64,000 bases of DNA from Eledone cirrhosa (Eukaryota): NCBI GenBank assembly GCA_964016885.1, contig OZ024749.1:46748001-46812000 (forward strand), in the 5' to 3' direction. How positions within the stretch are numbered: position 1 is the first letter of the stretch; each line of letters begins with the position of its first letter. Both the position numbers and the translations under genes were made by a program. The notes under the pieces are model-generated. The model worked only from the letters and a program-made list of their open reading frames with translations. It ran no database searches and was not told the DNA's origin. This document shows, in pieces, positions 41,661-56,112 of this stretch.

Positions 41661-43899
41661 ATAAATAGGTAGATATGTAGATAGAATACGCTCTCAGGCG
41701 TCGCACACACTCTTATTCACATTCTATATCATAATAGAAAGATTTCGCTCAGGAACTGACGTCTATAAAAGAAATATGGAAAATTCATTTCCTTTGTTCT
41801 GCAAATATCTTTACAATTTTATTAAATCCCCATTTATGTTGGAGGAGCATTAAACATAGTGATGATCTGAATTTACATGTTTACAACGAATTTTAAATAA
41901 TGCGATTGATTCTCTCTTTCGAATTGCGTCAGAATAATTCTAGCTCTGAATTGCTAATAATAGTTACCTCGTTAACAGTATTCAAAAGTGAATTAATATA
42001 TAATTTGGCATCACTTGCCTCATAATTATAAATATCATTTGAAGTGCCGAGATAAAAGCCGTGGCAAATTCCCAATAAACATTGGCTTCCTAATTAGTTT
42101 TATATTTTGCCATCTATTCCTTCAGGAAATAATTCCATAAATATTCGGATATAAAGATTTGGAGATTGCTGCAGTAATTATCACATAATTCCAAGTAATT
42201 TCTTCAAGAGAAACAAAGCTATATACTAAATGTGTGTAAATATGTATTTCAATGAAATTTCGAAGTATTATCTAATTTTATCTGAATTATTTATTTGAAA
42301 TTACAGATTTCAACCAGAAGCACAAGAACAAAACTATCTTGTAGATAAATGTTATTTTTATGAATTATCTGCGTACTTTTCAATAAAGTATTGCGTCGTG
42401 TGACGATTGTATATACTCACAAGAGCAGAACATTACGTAGGAGTTTTATGAAAATTATGGAGTTTTAAAAGTATATTATATACAGATTCTGACAGTCTGG
42501 ATATTATTGAGTTGCTGCAAGAGAGGAGATACATTTCGACATTACATCCTGAAACAACAATAGATATAATCAATATATTATATATATATATATAATATAT
42601 TTATATATATATATATATATATATACATTTCAAAGACAGATATGGACAACAATACCTCGCAGGTCAGAGAGCAGCATCCACTGGTAGGCAGGGAGACAAT
42701 CCTCTAGTTCTAAAATTGGTCTTGTGGTTGCAGTTGCTTGTATTAACATTGTTATCATTATCATCATCATCATCAGCAGCAGCAGCAGTAGCAGCATTAT
42801 TACTAATAAACATATTATAATTTATCTTAACAATGCGCGCTTCCAATTTGCAGCATGAGTTTGTCATTTTGTGTATATAAACTAAATATATTTTTGTAGT
42901 TTTAAAATTTGTGTTTTTGAGTTTGAGTGCTAGGTTTGAACGTCTATCTTCTTTTTCACCGCTTACCAAATATACATTAATTGTATGACATTATTCGATG
43001 TATTAATGATATATTAATTTCTATTCGTGTATTAAACACCTTGCGTATAATTAATTATTTTCCCCAATACAGGCATCATATTACACGCTTATTTAACAGC
43101 AATGTAATTTCATATATGAATAATCTCAGCAAATCTCAACAAATCGTTGACAAACCTATTTTTATTTGACATACATGTGTATGAATAATATACAAACATG
43201 CATGGATACACGTTTATTGTGGGAAGAATGTGATTGTTTAGGAAAAATAATCCACTGATAAGAATAACACACCTGTTATTTCGGATGTGATAAAAAGGTG
43301 TCAGAAGGAATATAGCTCGACTTTTGAATGCTACGATTGTTATGGATTTTCAAAGATAGCTGGACTATATATTGTTCTGTTTTATCTGTGGAGTGGCATT
43401 CACATTAAATCTAAAATATTATTTCTAAGAAATAACGTTTGTGCTTCTATGAGAAAACGCACATATTGATTCGTTTACTTTAACTTTGAATACGAAAACT
43501 TATCTTTCATACGACTGTCAGTAACACATGTCTGTTTAGATAATTTCGAACCAGGAACTGTTGATATTTTTCCGCAAATATATTGAATTCTTTTACTAGA
43601 GTTGTTAAAGAAACAGAGACAATTATCCAAGAGCAGAATTTGCACAGGATTTGCCTGCTAAGCAGAAACTGAAGGATTTTAAAATAGAATTTACCATGTG
43701 CAAAAATACGTCGTAAATGTTGTAATCGGAACTGGCTTATAATAACCGACTCATTATTTATACCATGAAATCCTAAATTTAGCAGTGAAATGTACGGTAT
43801 TATTCGTGGAAACAATAAGTCAAATAGTGTTAAAAATCACTGTTTTTTCTTTCATAATTGCATGCGTACACACACAAACAGACACAACACTCACGCACG

Positions 43900-43991
<92 letters not shown>

Positions 43992-44002
43992 TATTTATAT
44001 AC

Positions 44003-44044
<42 letters not shown>

Positions 44045-44522
44045 GTTATATCTCAAATACCCTCTCGTATCGTAAGAAACTAATGAGTTTCATGACTATG
44101 ATGACTTATTTGATGATCTCTAAATTACGAATCAAGAAATATATGGACTGCAAGATTGAAACCCTCAACTATTGAGACACAAAACAAACAGTTAATGCGA
44201 ATTAGCTGACTTGGTCGAGGGCCGAGTAAACATGTGAGTGCTATGGTCCTAAGAGGAATAAATATTGAAGATTATACCGTGAAATTATAAGGGAGTTTGA
44301 ATGCTATTTATAATAAGTCGATATAATATACACAAATAGTTTTCCTGTTGGATTTCCATATATAATTGGATAAAACCGTTGAGCAATTCATTCCTCGGAA
44401 TTGGTTGAGTTTGAATCCCGATTGTAATAATCACTCTGAAGTTTTCTCTCTCAACCTATTTCTTTCTCATCTGGATTTCATATACACGCACGCACGCACA
44501 TACAAAAACACACACACACACG

Positions 44523-44605
<83 letters not shown>

Positions 44606-46625
44606 GTATAATCGATTTAGCTATGTGCGTCTCCTCTAATTATTACAATAGGTGTCCATTTGGAAGTGAGCCAAGAAAATGCTTTTAACAACCTCCCTCC
44701 CTTAGTATTTGTTGTATTTTCATCCATGGCAGCATGGATATAGTGGTAGACCACGGGACAATAAAATATTGGAAAATAAAATTACTATTATCTAAATGCA
44801 ATCTGATCAAATAGCCATTGTTTTCATTGTATTTATATATATATCTGTAAATTCATGAGTGAACTTGTGTGTGTATGTTTTAGATCATGTTATGTGTACG
44901 TCTATGTTCATAAAGGTTTGTTGAACAAAACAATCTAGCCTCTGAAATGTTCTTTATATATATATACACAAACCTTTAGAAGTACAACACACACATAACA
45001 CGAAAAAAATAGTTCATAGCCTTTGTGATTGATATGAAATTCAAGATAACACTTGTAAACATCAGTAGTCTAGTTGAATGAATGAATTTATTGACTTAAA
45101 ACTCAGACATATTCACGATGGATTTATCGATTCTATCACGATATAAATATATCCCTTTATATATTTACAATAATATTGATATAGTTTCAAAGTCAAACAT
45201 AGACAATGCATCGTTATTCTAGACGCTGATATTTTCAGTGATCAAGTTCACACTTTCCCTATATACATATATATGTTCCCTATATACATACATAGGAACC
45301 GATAACAATTGGCGCGTGAAATAATATGTTTTCTCTTTATGTCCGAGATTGTGTTTTCTTGTACGTGTTTTGTTGGGTAAACACCATAGTAAAATGCTTT
45401 AAAAGTGCATGAAACCAAAGAATCCCAACCCATATATCACTGTTCTCGTAATATTGCGTAATAATTCATCGAATAGTTTAATATTAGCGGATTAAGCATC
45501 TCACACTATGCTAATTTTCAATGAAATACGGTAACGCATCAAAAGTGGATCTGGCTGATATATTTTCTAGGGGAATATAATATTAAATTTAACAAAGACA
45601 TTGAATAAGGTATAAACTTTAAATTATCAACAACACTAATTTTATTGTTGAACTTTTCCGAGATATGAGAGCATTTGAACTCCAAATATATGGTAAAGAT
45701 CCCCAAACACCCTGCATCCTCCCATTTGAATAATAATAATCACTTGAATTAGACATTCACAATTTCAATTTTCAAACGAAATATTTTTCAGCATCTCATT
45801 CATTTGAATTTCATAGAAGACATAGTCTGTTTTAGACGACATTATCTCAGCTGGATGATGATATCTCATATTGATGAGGATATCTCATATGGACAATGTA
45901 ATAATGCATGTAGGTGGGAGGCTGTTAATCAATGGAACTAGACAGAGTTTTGAGACAGTTATCTATTTCTTACGTAGCGACAAGATTACTGCTTTATATA
46001 AGAAATATTTAATACATATGATTATTCATAAGCCATATTCGTGCGGTTCTCAAAACTCAAATTGATATTGTTACTGAGAAGTATATTGACGCCAAAAAAT
46101 ACAGGCACACTAATATACATTGCTATAAAATTAATCAAAACCTGCTTCAATTTAGCAAGAGCTTTCATACTATTTCCCAGTAACATTGATAGATATTATC
46201 TACTTAGAAAGACGTGCTGTTATGTAATAGAACGCCTCTGAATTAATGAGATCATTTTCAAAATAATTAAACTTGGTAACTGAATGGTTAATGTAAGATA
46301 CTCTACACCGTGCCCGAGGTCAATGGTGATATTTAATTCTTTCGTATCATATATGATTTTATTTCTAGTAATATGACATCTTAATATTTGTAATAATATC
46401 AATGATGGGTATTTCCATAATTATTTCTACAGAACTTTACATATATATTAACACTCTCGTTTTGCTTGTGTTGCAATTTTTATATATCATGTTAAAATGA
46501 TAAGAACAAATATATCTCGAAAATATAAAACGTGCTTTGCCTGATCAAATATTCCTCAGTTCTATATTGCAATCTGAGCCTGGAATGGATAATACATTCA
46601 AACTGATAGATGTATGTTTCTTAGA

Positions 46626-46711
46626 GAGGTATTTGTTAGGTCTGGTGAAGTATTAATGAGGTATTAGTGAAGTCTGGTGCGGTATTACTGAGGTATTAGT
46701 GAGGTATAATG
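46626..46711. repeat. Degenerate minisatellite (gaggtattagt / tctggtg units)
   Basis: Several imperfect 11-12-bp units. Confidence 0.75.
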
Positions 46712-48600
46712 TTATGGTAAGTTTAGAGTAAATTTAGAGACAATTGCTTAAAAAACCGACAAGGATCAACTCCATCCCATCACTGCACCAGGGCTTGATG
46801 AACACAACCATAATGATATGGTCCGAAAGTGGAAGAGCCGAACTCAAACTGTCATCGCCTCCATCTCTCTCGCACTCCCATCTCTCCGTATGGTGAGCAA
46901 ATGGGTCCCACGTTCTGGCCTTCCCACAGCCCCCGCAGACAGAATGGAGAAGGGGTTTCCCAGGAGGGTGGTAAGGGAATGTGATATATGGTGTAAAGAT
47001 GGCAGCATGTTGACCGTCCTGTCCCAATTAACATACGGTTGGTTGATTTAAATCTGAACTGTTGTAACACCTACACCAGGTAATCTGTCATTATGGTATA
47101 TTGGAAAAAGAGCATCTGTCTGAAGAATTATACTGAAGATCAAATGGAGCTTACATTTGTTTTCTGAAAACGTAATTAAAACAGGATACTTATTTTCTAT
47201 TTCTCAGAAACTGTAAATAAATATCCATGTTTGATGGCAAGAAGAGAAAATGTAGAGTTCAAGTAGTCATCGATAATTCTACGACATTTTTTTTGTATTT
47301 GTATTTTGGAAGGTAAGTGAACGTTACCCAAATATTAGTTCCATGGCTAGCATGTTCGTTAATTAAGGGAATAATATGTAGGCGACGAATATCGTGTATT
47401 TGCACGATATAGATAACACAAATATAGATCAACTGTAGATAACAGTCCATACTGTCACTTACGGAACAATAGCGCTAAGTGAAACTGTATGTGTGCCAAC
47501 CGAAACACGTATTATAGTATCAATAGAGTGCCGAAGCATATATCAACCAATATGTGCCTCGATAATAACATGTAATAAAATGAAGACGATAGTCATGTGA
47601 ATTTCTTTTACTACAATTAAAGATCCTACAAACGTCCATCCAACTCATCCACATCCGGAATCTGCATATATAGTGAAAGGTATTTTAAAGAAGATTTATA
47701 TTATTAGGAATAAGGTTACTTAGCTAGAGCAATGGAGAAATAGAGAAAAATAAAGAAATTAGATTAGTGACAAAAGGAACACCAGGTTTATACAATGAGA
47801 CATTGTAAATATGTGTGCGTTGATTGCCTAAAGGTATATCATTAGATTTCACCAATAGAATCCGACAAATACATAGGGATGCTGGTAGTATTATAACTAA
47901 CCATAAATATAAAACATGTATAACGTTAAATTCAGTTGTAATTCACTATGCATATATATAGAAAGAGAGAGAGAGAGAGAGGGGGATACTTGTGTGTATG
48001 TATGCAGCAGAGAAAGAGAGAGAGAGAGAGGGGGAGAGGGAGAGATAATTTGTGTGTGTGTGTGTTACACTCTCTCGGACATTTAAGAGGGGCGAGGGAG
48101 ATACAGTTGACGTGAAGAATGATGTGCTCATGTGCGAGCATTCTTTAGAAAGTAACATGTTAGCATTGTACGCTAGGTGGACTCGAGTCCCGTCTAACTC
48201 AGACACCCACAGGGTTCTTTGAACCGGTGTCTGGGTTATGAGGGGTTCGATCGTCCACAACAGCCGATGGCCAGAGCTTTTTTCTGAATTAAGTGTATTC
48301 ACCGCGCAGGAGCACTACATTTTATATATAACTATATTTATGTGTTTACTTACATTCATGCGCTGAGGTATGTATGTATATATGAATGTGTGTGTGAGAA
48401 TAATACAATTGCACAGCATACGCTGAGGATGTATTTGATATAATGCTATATTATTAGTTAATTTCAATTTACCTGATATCAGTGAATCATATCTATGTAT
48501 TATACTATAATCTAATAATGAAGTTTCTTTGCTATGAATGACAACTCTGTTGAGGATCTTAAAAAAATGTGACGTAAAGTGTACTTAACGAATATAAATA

Positions 48601-48680
<80 letters not shown>

Positions 48681-48734
48681 AATATATGCATGTATATATG
48701 TGTGTATATATATATATGTGTGTATATATATATA

Positions 48735-48770
<36 letters not shown>

Positions 48771-48808
48771 AATATATATATATTCGTAAAGTAGACTTTA
48801 TATATGTG

Positions 48809-48851
<43 letters not shown>

Positions 48852-48915
48852 TCTGTCCGTGTGTGCGTGCGTGTGGCTGGATTTATCTCAGTGTCTATAC
48901 TTGCGATACATACCC

Positions 48916-48949
<34 letters not shown>

Positions 48950-49185
48950 ATATGTGTGTGTGTGTTTGTGTGTATTTTATTATTGGATGATCGAAATTGG
49001 ATTAGGTTCTGAATTATTTTAATTGAATTGGTAGAATATACGATTATATGATAACATTGTATATCAGGAAAACAAATACTAAAGTTCACATATAAATATT
49101 TAGTATTTTGTAATGATGTAGGATTAAAATTCTGTCATTTGGTTGTATGTCATACGCGAGATTTACATAGAATACATATGCTTGC

Positions 49186-49240
<55 letters not shown>

Positions 49241-50581
49241 AGCCTGATTCTGAGTGTGTGTATATATATATGAGAGTTACTGTGTGTGATTCTATGTTGT
49301 TGTAGTATTCCTAATAAATGCTTTTACTTAAGCGATGGTTAATAAAATCTACGCGTGCTGTGTTCAAATTTGTTCCGGTATATATCGTATATTTGTTGTA
49401 AATTACTTGATTTGATCTAAATACCTCAAACCCAATTTCTAATCGTGCGCCTAAGATTGAACCATATATATACATATAATGATTTCTACATTTTCAGAAG
49501 TTCTTATTCATTGCGAGATTCATCACCCTGTGGCTGATATGGGTGGTGCCTTGCCTTCCGTAATATATGCTTGCATCTATTTACTTCAGTAAATAACATA
49601 AATCATCTTTGGTAATCTCTCTGATGTTGCATGACTTATATACAATGCATGCTCTGTTAATTAATGGAAAGAGAGTGATCAGTAATGGTAATATGTTTTG
49701 GGATCTAGGGTTAATGCCATATATCGAAACTCACGTTGCAGCCAAGTTGAATATTCCATGTAGTTACTGCGTGATAGGCGTAATGTGATTTAAAGTTCAG
49801 CTCTGAAAATATACAATAAGCGGTATACAGTTGTGAATCATATATGAGCTGTAAATCTGTGGAATGCATATTGTGAAGTATATAAGCTATAGTTTCCTGT
49901 ATATTTTATGAGTATGTGTATATAACGCTTGTTTATAACAATTCGATAGCGCAGATTATTTATCTGCTCCATCATGTCTGTGCGTAGTTATTACATAATG
50001 TTTTGTTGAGTGCAAATGGTGGAATGATTGGAAGTTGCTATGTAATAGAATGCATGATGTGTGATTTAATAATAAGACCTTCTGTTGATTGTGTGTCAAT
50101 CTTTCAGTCTTTATAAACCATATTTTGTTCAGTTTCATACATTTTTAATGTTTATTGTCATGCAGCAGACCCCGTCTATTCCAATTTAAATTTCAACCAA
50201 CAGTGACACATTCTTCATCTTGTTGCGTCATTGTCTTTTGTTTGTGATATGCAACATTGCGCATGCATTTTGGCTCTCACGGACCTTGATTCACATATGC
50301 TGCCCATTTGGAGTTGAGAAGGCTGTCTTTTACTCTGTTTGATGTACAGTTATACATTGATGTTTTGGCATTCCGCCCATGAAACAGATCTATAGATTCG
50401 ATCAAAGTTTTGCTGACGTTAACATCTGAGAAGAGGAAATGAATCGGGAATATTTTCAAACGTAATTTAGTATTTAAGTAGTTTGTATCTTTCTACGCTA
50501 CGCATATTTAATTTATGTGGTTGTTTGTCGCTAGTTATTGTGTGCATGCAAAATGTCAGTGTAAATATTCACCAATATATG

Positions 50582-51240
50582 TCAATGTCGGCCCCCTCTT
50601 CTAGTGTCTCTGTGTAGGCGGTCCCATATAAGCACTGAGTGCAGTGTCAACTCTGAATGTCGTGAGAATGTCCAGCTAATCTCAGTTTCCTCTGAGTTAT
50701 TTTTGAGCTGACTTTTAGGAGGCTCCCGTAGAGCTCTGATTTCTTCAGCGGTCAGTGTATACTGAACAATATTCAGAGCCATTCTCAGAATTCTCATGTA
50801 GCACCTACCCACAATCTGAGTGAGTTTCTTGCTCAGTGTCCAGGTCTCAGACCCATGCAGTAGCACTGATTCCACTGAATCAACGAAGAGACGGATCTTC
50901 AGGCCTTTCCGAAGGTCCTACTTCAAAATCAACCCCAATGAGGCTTTGCACTTCCTTCAACCACATCATCCTCTGTGTTCCCAATGTTTGCTCCCGGATA
51001 CAGGAAATCCTGAACCAACTCTAGTGGCTTTCCGCCTACATTCATATACTATTATTGATATATATGACATTACAAAACCAATTATTAATGTACATTTGTT
51101 CGGTCTGTTGATTGCTGAACAAAAGCTACATCCAAGTATATATAAGGCCCCATTATGAAGCCAGACTGCAGATTAGTCACCAGACGTTAAAGCCCACTCG
51201 ACATCCATTTTCGCAACTGCAAACATCTGCAATAGCATGA
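50582..51240 (-). pseudogene. RTE-clade LINE relic (RT thumb / C-terminal region)
   Basis: ESVLLHGSETWTL...CYMRILRMALNI and upstream LELVQDFLYLG match RTE motifs (F.YLG; LLYG.ETWTL); frameshifted. Confidence 0.85.
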
Positions 51241-51977
51241 CCCTCTAGATTTCCTCTAGTTACCATGATATTCACACGTTCGATTTAATCATCGATTACA
51301 TCGATCTAACATGTCTGGTTCAACATAAAATGTGTATAGTTATACTTGACAATTTTATGGACAATAAAAAAAAGAAAATCTATAGTTTCTAGTCAGTAAA
51401 TCTAATTAATTGACGTTTATTTCAAATTTCATATTGCATTAAACATTTTATTTCATAGCATAGATTGCAATAAAATACATTTTTCTTTTTCTACAAGGTG
51501 TTATTACTCCATATTTTCTCATTAATTATATTTCTTTAAAAACAGTAGATATTCATCTGAAATTGGGAAAATTGCATCTGTTAAATCGTCATCCGGTATA
51601 CAGAAACAAGAAAAGCGAAACAAAAAAATTCAAGAAGTATAAAACAAAATCAAGATCTAACGAGACGCCTGAAAGCAATGTTCATGATTAAGACACATGT
51701 GGTGGCTTATTAAAATTGGAACTGTACCATCTGTTTGATTTAAAATTAACTTAAAATTAGACTTGTTGGCAACGTGTGTAAATATGGACTTTTCTCTGGA
51801 TATATCACTCTCGTATTCTCTCTCACTTCAAGTTCAAATACTAACACCCACATACATGCATACACATAGACAAGTACATACACGTATACCACTCTGTGAG
51901 AGAATGGAGAGTGACAGGTCTGATATACCCCAGTTCTAACCACTTTTCAAATCGTGACCTTTTAAATTATATATATA

Positions 51978-52150
51978 TAGGAAACATTCTGACCCCGACG
52001 GCAGAGCTCAAGCCGTTTCGACGGCTATTTCTGAGTCCAGAATTAGCCGCCGGGGTCATACTTTTTCCTATTCCCCACTCTGCTACTCTAAGTATTGAGT
52101 AATCTGGTGCGTTATGGTCCATCTGGTTCCTTACCACAATTCCTTTGTTA
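51978..52150 (+). mobile_element. Fold-back half-hammerhead element (family P), copy 3
   Basis: taggaaa...gaccccgacggcagagctcaagccgtttcgacggcta...tagccgccggggtca...ttccta, then the shared tail. Confidence 0.85.
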
Positions 52151-52168
52151 TATATATATATAAATACA

Positions 52169-52938
<770 letters not shown>

Positions 52939-52996
52939 ATTATTATTATAATTACTTATATATATATATACATGCACACACATACACCCCCCCCCC

Positions 52997-53034
<38 letters not shown>

Positions 53035-53040
53035 TGAGTT

Positions 53041-53081
<41 letters not shown>

Positions 53082-53082
<1 letters not shown>

Positions 53083-53332
53083 GTGGGAAAGTGAAACATC
53101 GGAGAATAGACCGTTAAAACATGTTTATTTAAAATATCACCTACGTACGTTTCGCCCAGTTGGGCTTCTCAAGGGCATAAGCAATCACAAGTGTTCCTTA
53201 CATAGTTCGGAAAGAGTTTTGGGGGCTAAATCCACATCAAGATTCATTGCTCGCAAAAATATCTTGTTTTGATTTTGCAGCAGGTCAAGCGAGGTAACTC
53301 TGGCCGGTGTGAGGGCAGTCTTTCCCCGATAA
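53082..53332 (-). mobile_element. (TA)n-flanked non-coding repeat ending in an HHR plus AATAAA
   Basis: GC-richer island between (TA)n tracts; HHR at 53134-53180; minus-strand AATAAA at 53124-53129. Confidence 0.55.
53134..53180 (-). ncRNA. Minimal hammerhead motif with U3-A8 core variant
   Basis: Minus strand: tatgccc-TTGAGAA-gccc-aact-gggc-GAAAC-gtac-GTA-ggtgata; perfect 4-bp stem II, palindromic stem III ACGTACGT, partly mismatched stem I. Confidence 0.68.
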
Positions 53333-53345
53333 TTTTTTTTTTTTT

Positions 53346-53398
<53 letters not shown>

Positions 53399-53438
53399 CA
53401 TTACTTATATATATATATATACATAATAATAATAATAA

Positions 53439-54207
53439 CGGAATTTACAGATCCACAGACATGAACTGGTTGAAAAGGGGAGACCTTAAAAAGGCTACAG
53501 AAGGGTTCTAATGGCTGCGCAGGAGCAAGCTCTCAAAACGAAGTTGCTGAAACACCATATTTACAAGGAGGAGGCTAGCACACTGTGTAGGATCTGTGGC
53601 GAGAGAGAGGAGACTGTGGCTCACATTGTATCCGAGTGTAAACACTGAGCCCAGACATACTATAAAGGCTGGAGACATGATGTGATGGGCAAGGTGAACC
53701 ACTGGCAGCTATGCAAAGTAAACAAGATTCTGAGAAGTGGTCGGATCATAAGCCAGAGTCGGTGATGGAAAACGATCAGGTGAATGTGCTGTGAGATTTT
53801 AGGATACAGACGGAAAAGAAACTGGAACACAATAGACCTGACCTGGTGGTTTTGGATAAGGGAAACAGATCCTGCCTGATTGTGGATGTAGCCTGCCCAT
53901 TCGACACGAGAGTGCAAGAGGGACAAAATTAACCAATATCAGGATTTAAAGTGAAGGGTAAAAAGGATTTTGAACTGCCATGATGTCAAAGTGGTCCCGA
54001 TTGTCATAGGCGCACTAGGTACTATCTCAAAGAGTTTCCAAGGATGGTTAAATAAAACTGGTCCCGCCCCGCTTTTCGGAACCATTCAAAAGGCATGTTC
54101 GCTGGGATCAGCAAGAACCCTCCGAAACGTCCTAAATATCCGAGGCCGCATATTCATTTCAACAAACTTTCCAGTTAAATAACATCAATGACTGAGACTT
54201 AAAGAAC
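53439..54207 (+). pseudogene. 5'-truncated R4/Dong-clade non-LTR retrotransposon (CCHC knuckle and RLE endonuclease)
   Basis: Across frameshifts: WLKRGDLKKATEGF-LMAAQEQAL...CRICGEREETVAHIVSEC...WRHD...RPDLVVLDK...IVDVACPFD...YQDLK...VVPIVIGALGTI...QKACSLGSARTLRNVL; flanked by (AAT)n at 53423-53438 and 54208-54228. Confidence 0.9.
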
Positions 54208-54222
54208 AATAATAATAAAAAT

Positions 54223-54268
<46 letters not shown>

Positions 54269-54863
54269 TCTTTGTTCATTCCTTCTCGCTTAGGTGCGAC
54301 GAAATCAGAAACATCTGAGTTATTATTTCTCTTTATTCCAACTGCTGTGATTTGTCGGTCTCAGTTTCGTTTAAATGTGTAAGGCTAGGTGTCATGTTCC
54401 AATCCCGTGTTTTTAATCGTAAACCCCACACATAAATGCATTATACTGTTAGATACATTATATAGTAATAAACCTCCAGGCATAAAGAAATTTAGATGTT
54501 GAGGCAATAATGTTTTTAACATGGTGTTAATGGTAAAACGTAATTTCAATCAATCCAATTTGCAATCTTCACTAGTTTGAAGCAAGCCACCTGCTATACA
54601 TTCATAGCTATATCGATCATAATAAGTATTGGTTTTGCAAAACAGGGAAAGGTGTAATCAATTGAAATAATTCACATGGGTTTTTTGATGTTGTCAAGAT
54701 TGAGTTTCATTGTAATCATATTCGATTTAATCTAAATTTATAATGTGTTGAACAGTTATATTTACGTCATTTTGAATGTGGTTATAGCATTTACTTCAAC
54801 CCACCATGATAGTAATTATACCCAGACTTACAATATGTGTAGATGTGTCTATATAATATAGAG

Positions 54864-55076
<213 letters not shown>

Positions 55077-55080
55077 TATT

Positions 55081-56112
55081 AATACTACTATGCATAGTAT
55101 TTTCTGTCTGGCCCTTATTCACTCATTCACATATGTGTCTGATTACCAACCTTGTAATTATAAGTAATTATATATTATATTATGTTCATTATTTTATATT
55201 GAAGTTGTTATTGTACTATTGATCCTTATTACTTACCGATGATTTTATGTACCACTATGATATGTAAAATTTTTTTATATATCATGAAAGATGTTTATAT
55301 TTTTGTACCATCATAATTTTGGGTATTGTACAATTTATATTTTTTTCTCACCTACTCTGTAACTCTATATGAATTGATTTGTTAACTTACATGCCATTAT
55401 ATATTATATATTATTATATTATCATTATAATATTATTGTGACATCTATATTGTTTGTGTAAATTAACTGGAGATTATCTATTATATTATATTATATATTA
55501 TATAATTATATAGTTTATTATATATTATATGTGATACTTTTAATCAATTCATTACTTCATGCTATACTGTATATTAGATATACGTATTATTATTATTTTT
55601 ATTCCTATTATGCTTATTTATATTTAAACTAAGGTTTATTTGTGATGTTAATGATGGAAATGTGTATTGATGTATATGTATATGTGCGTACGTGTGCGTA
55701 CTTATATACATATGTATATTGTGCCTTTTAATTTTAATTTTAATTTTAATATTGTTACAAGTATATTATATTATATTATATTGTATTATATATAGTACTA
55801 TAATTCCCTGCTCTATATAACCACCTTTAGTTTTTTTTTACTTTGGACTATATTTGTAATATGGTTCAACATGTTATCCACCTCATTAGTGATTTTTATT
55901 ATATATTTTTACCCATAATCTTCCAATACTTTAGTCTATGTACACTCCATATTCTTCGGAGTTTTCGGCTTGTATTGGCCGATAGTACTTCTTCTGGTTT
56001 TGATTGCCCTGATGATTCCTTAATAGGACGAAACATTGTTGGCTAATAAAGACTTTTTATGTATTGAAGGCTTCTTTGTTTTATTTTCATAATTCTTCGT
56101 TTAATTATCTGT
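55081..56112 (+). mobile_element. Very AT-rich low-complexity tract ending in an HHR plus AATAAA (PLE 3'-end-like)
   Basis: tattata-type repeats, T-rich strand bias, terminal HHR at 56001-56047. Confidence 0.45.
56001..56047 (+). ncRNA. Minimal type I hammerhead ribozyme motif
   Basis: attgcc-CTGATGA-ttcct-taat-agga-c-GAAAC-att-GTT-ggc(t)aat; AATAAA overlaps the 3' end (56045-56050). Confidence 0.72.

Noticed and set aside
47134-47178. CTGAAGA-caaatg/catttg-...gaaaacgta
   Set aside because: Spacing between stem II and GAAA is wrong and there is no stem I.
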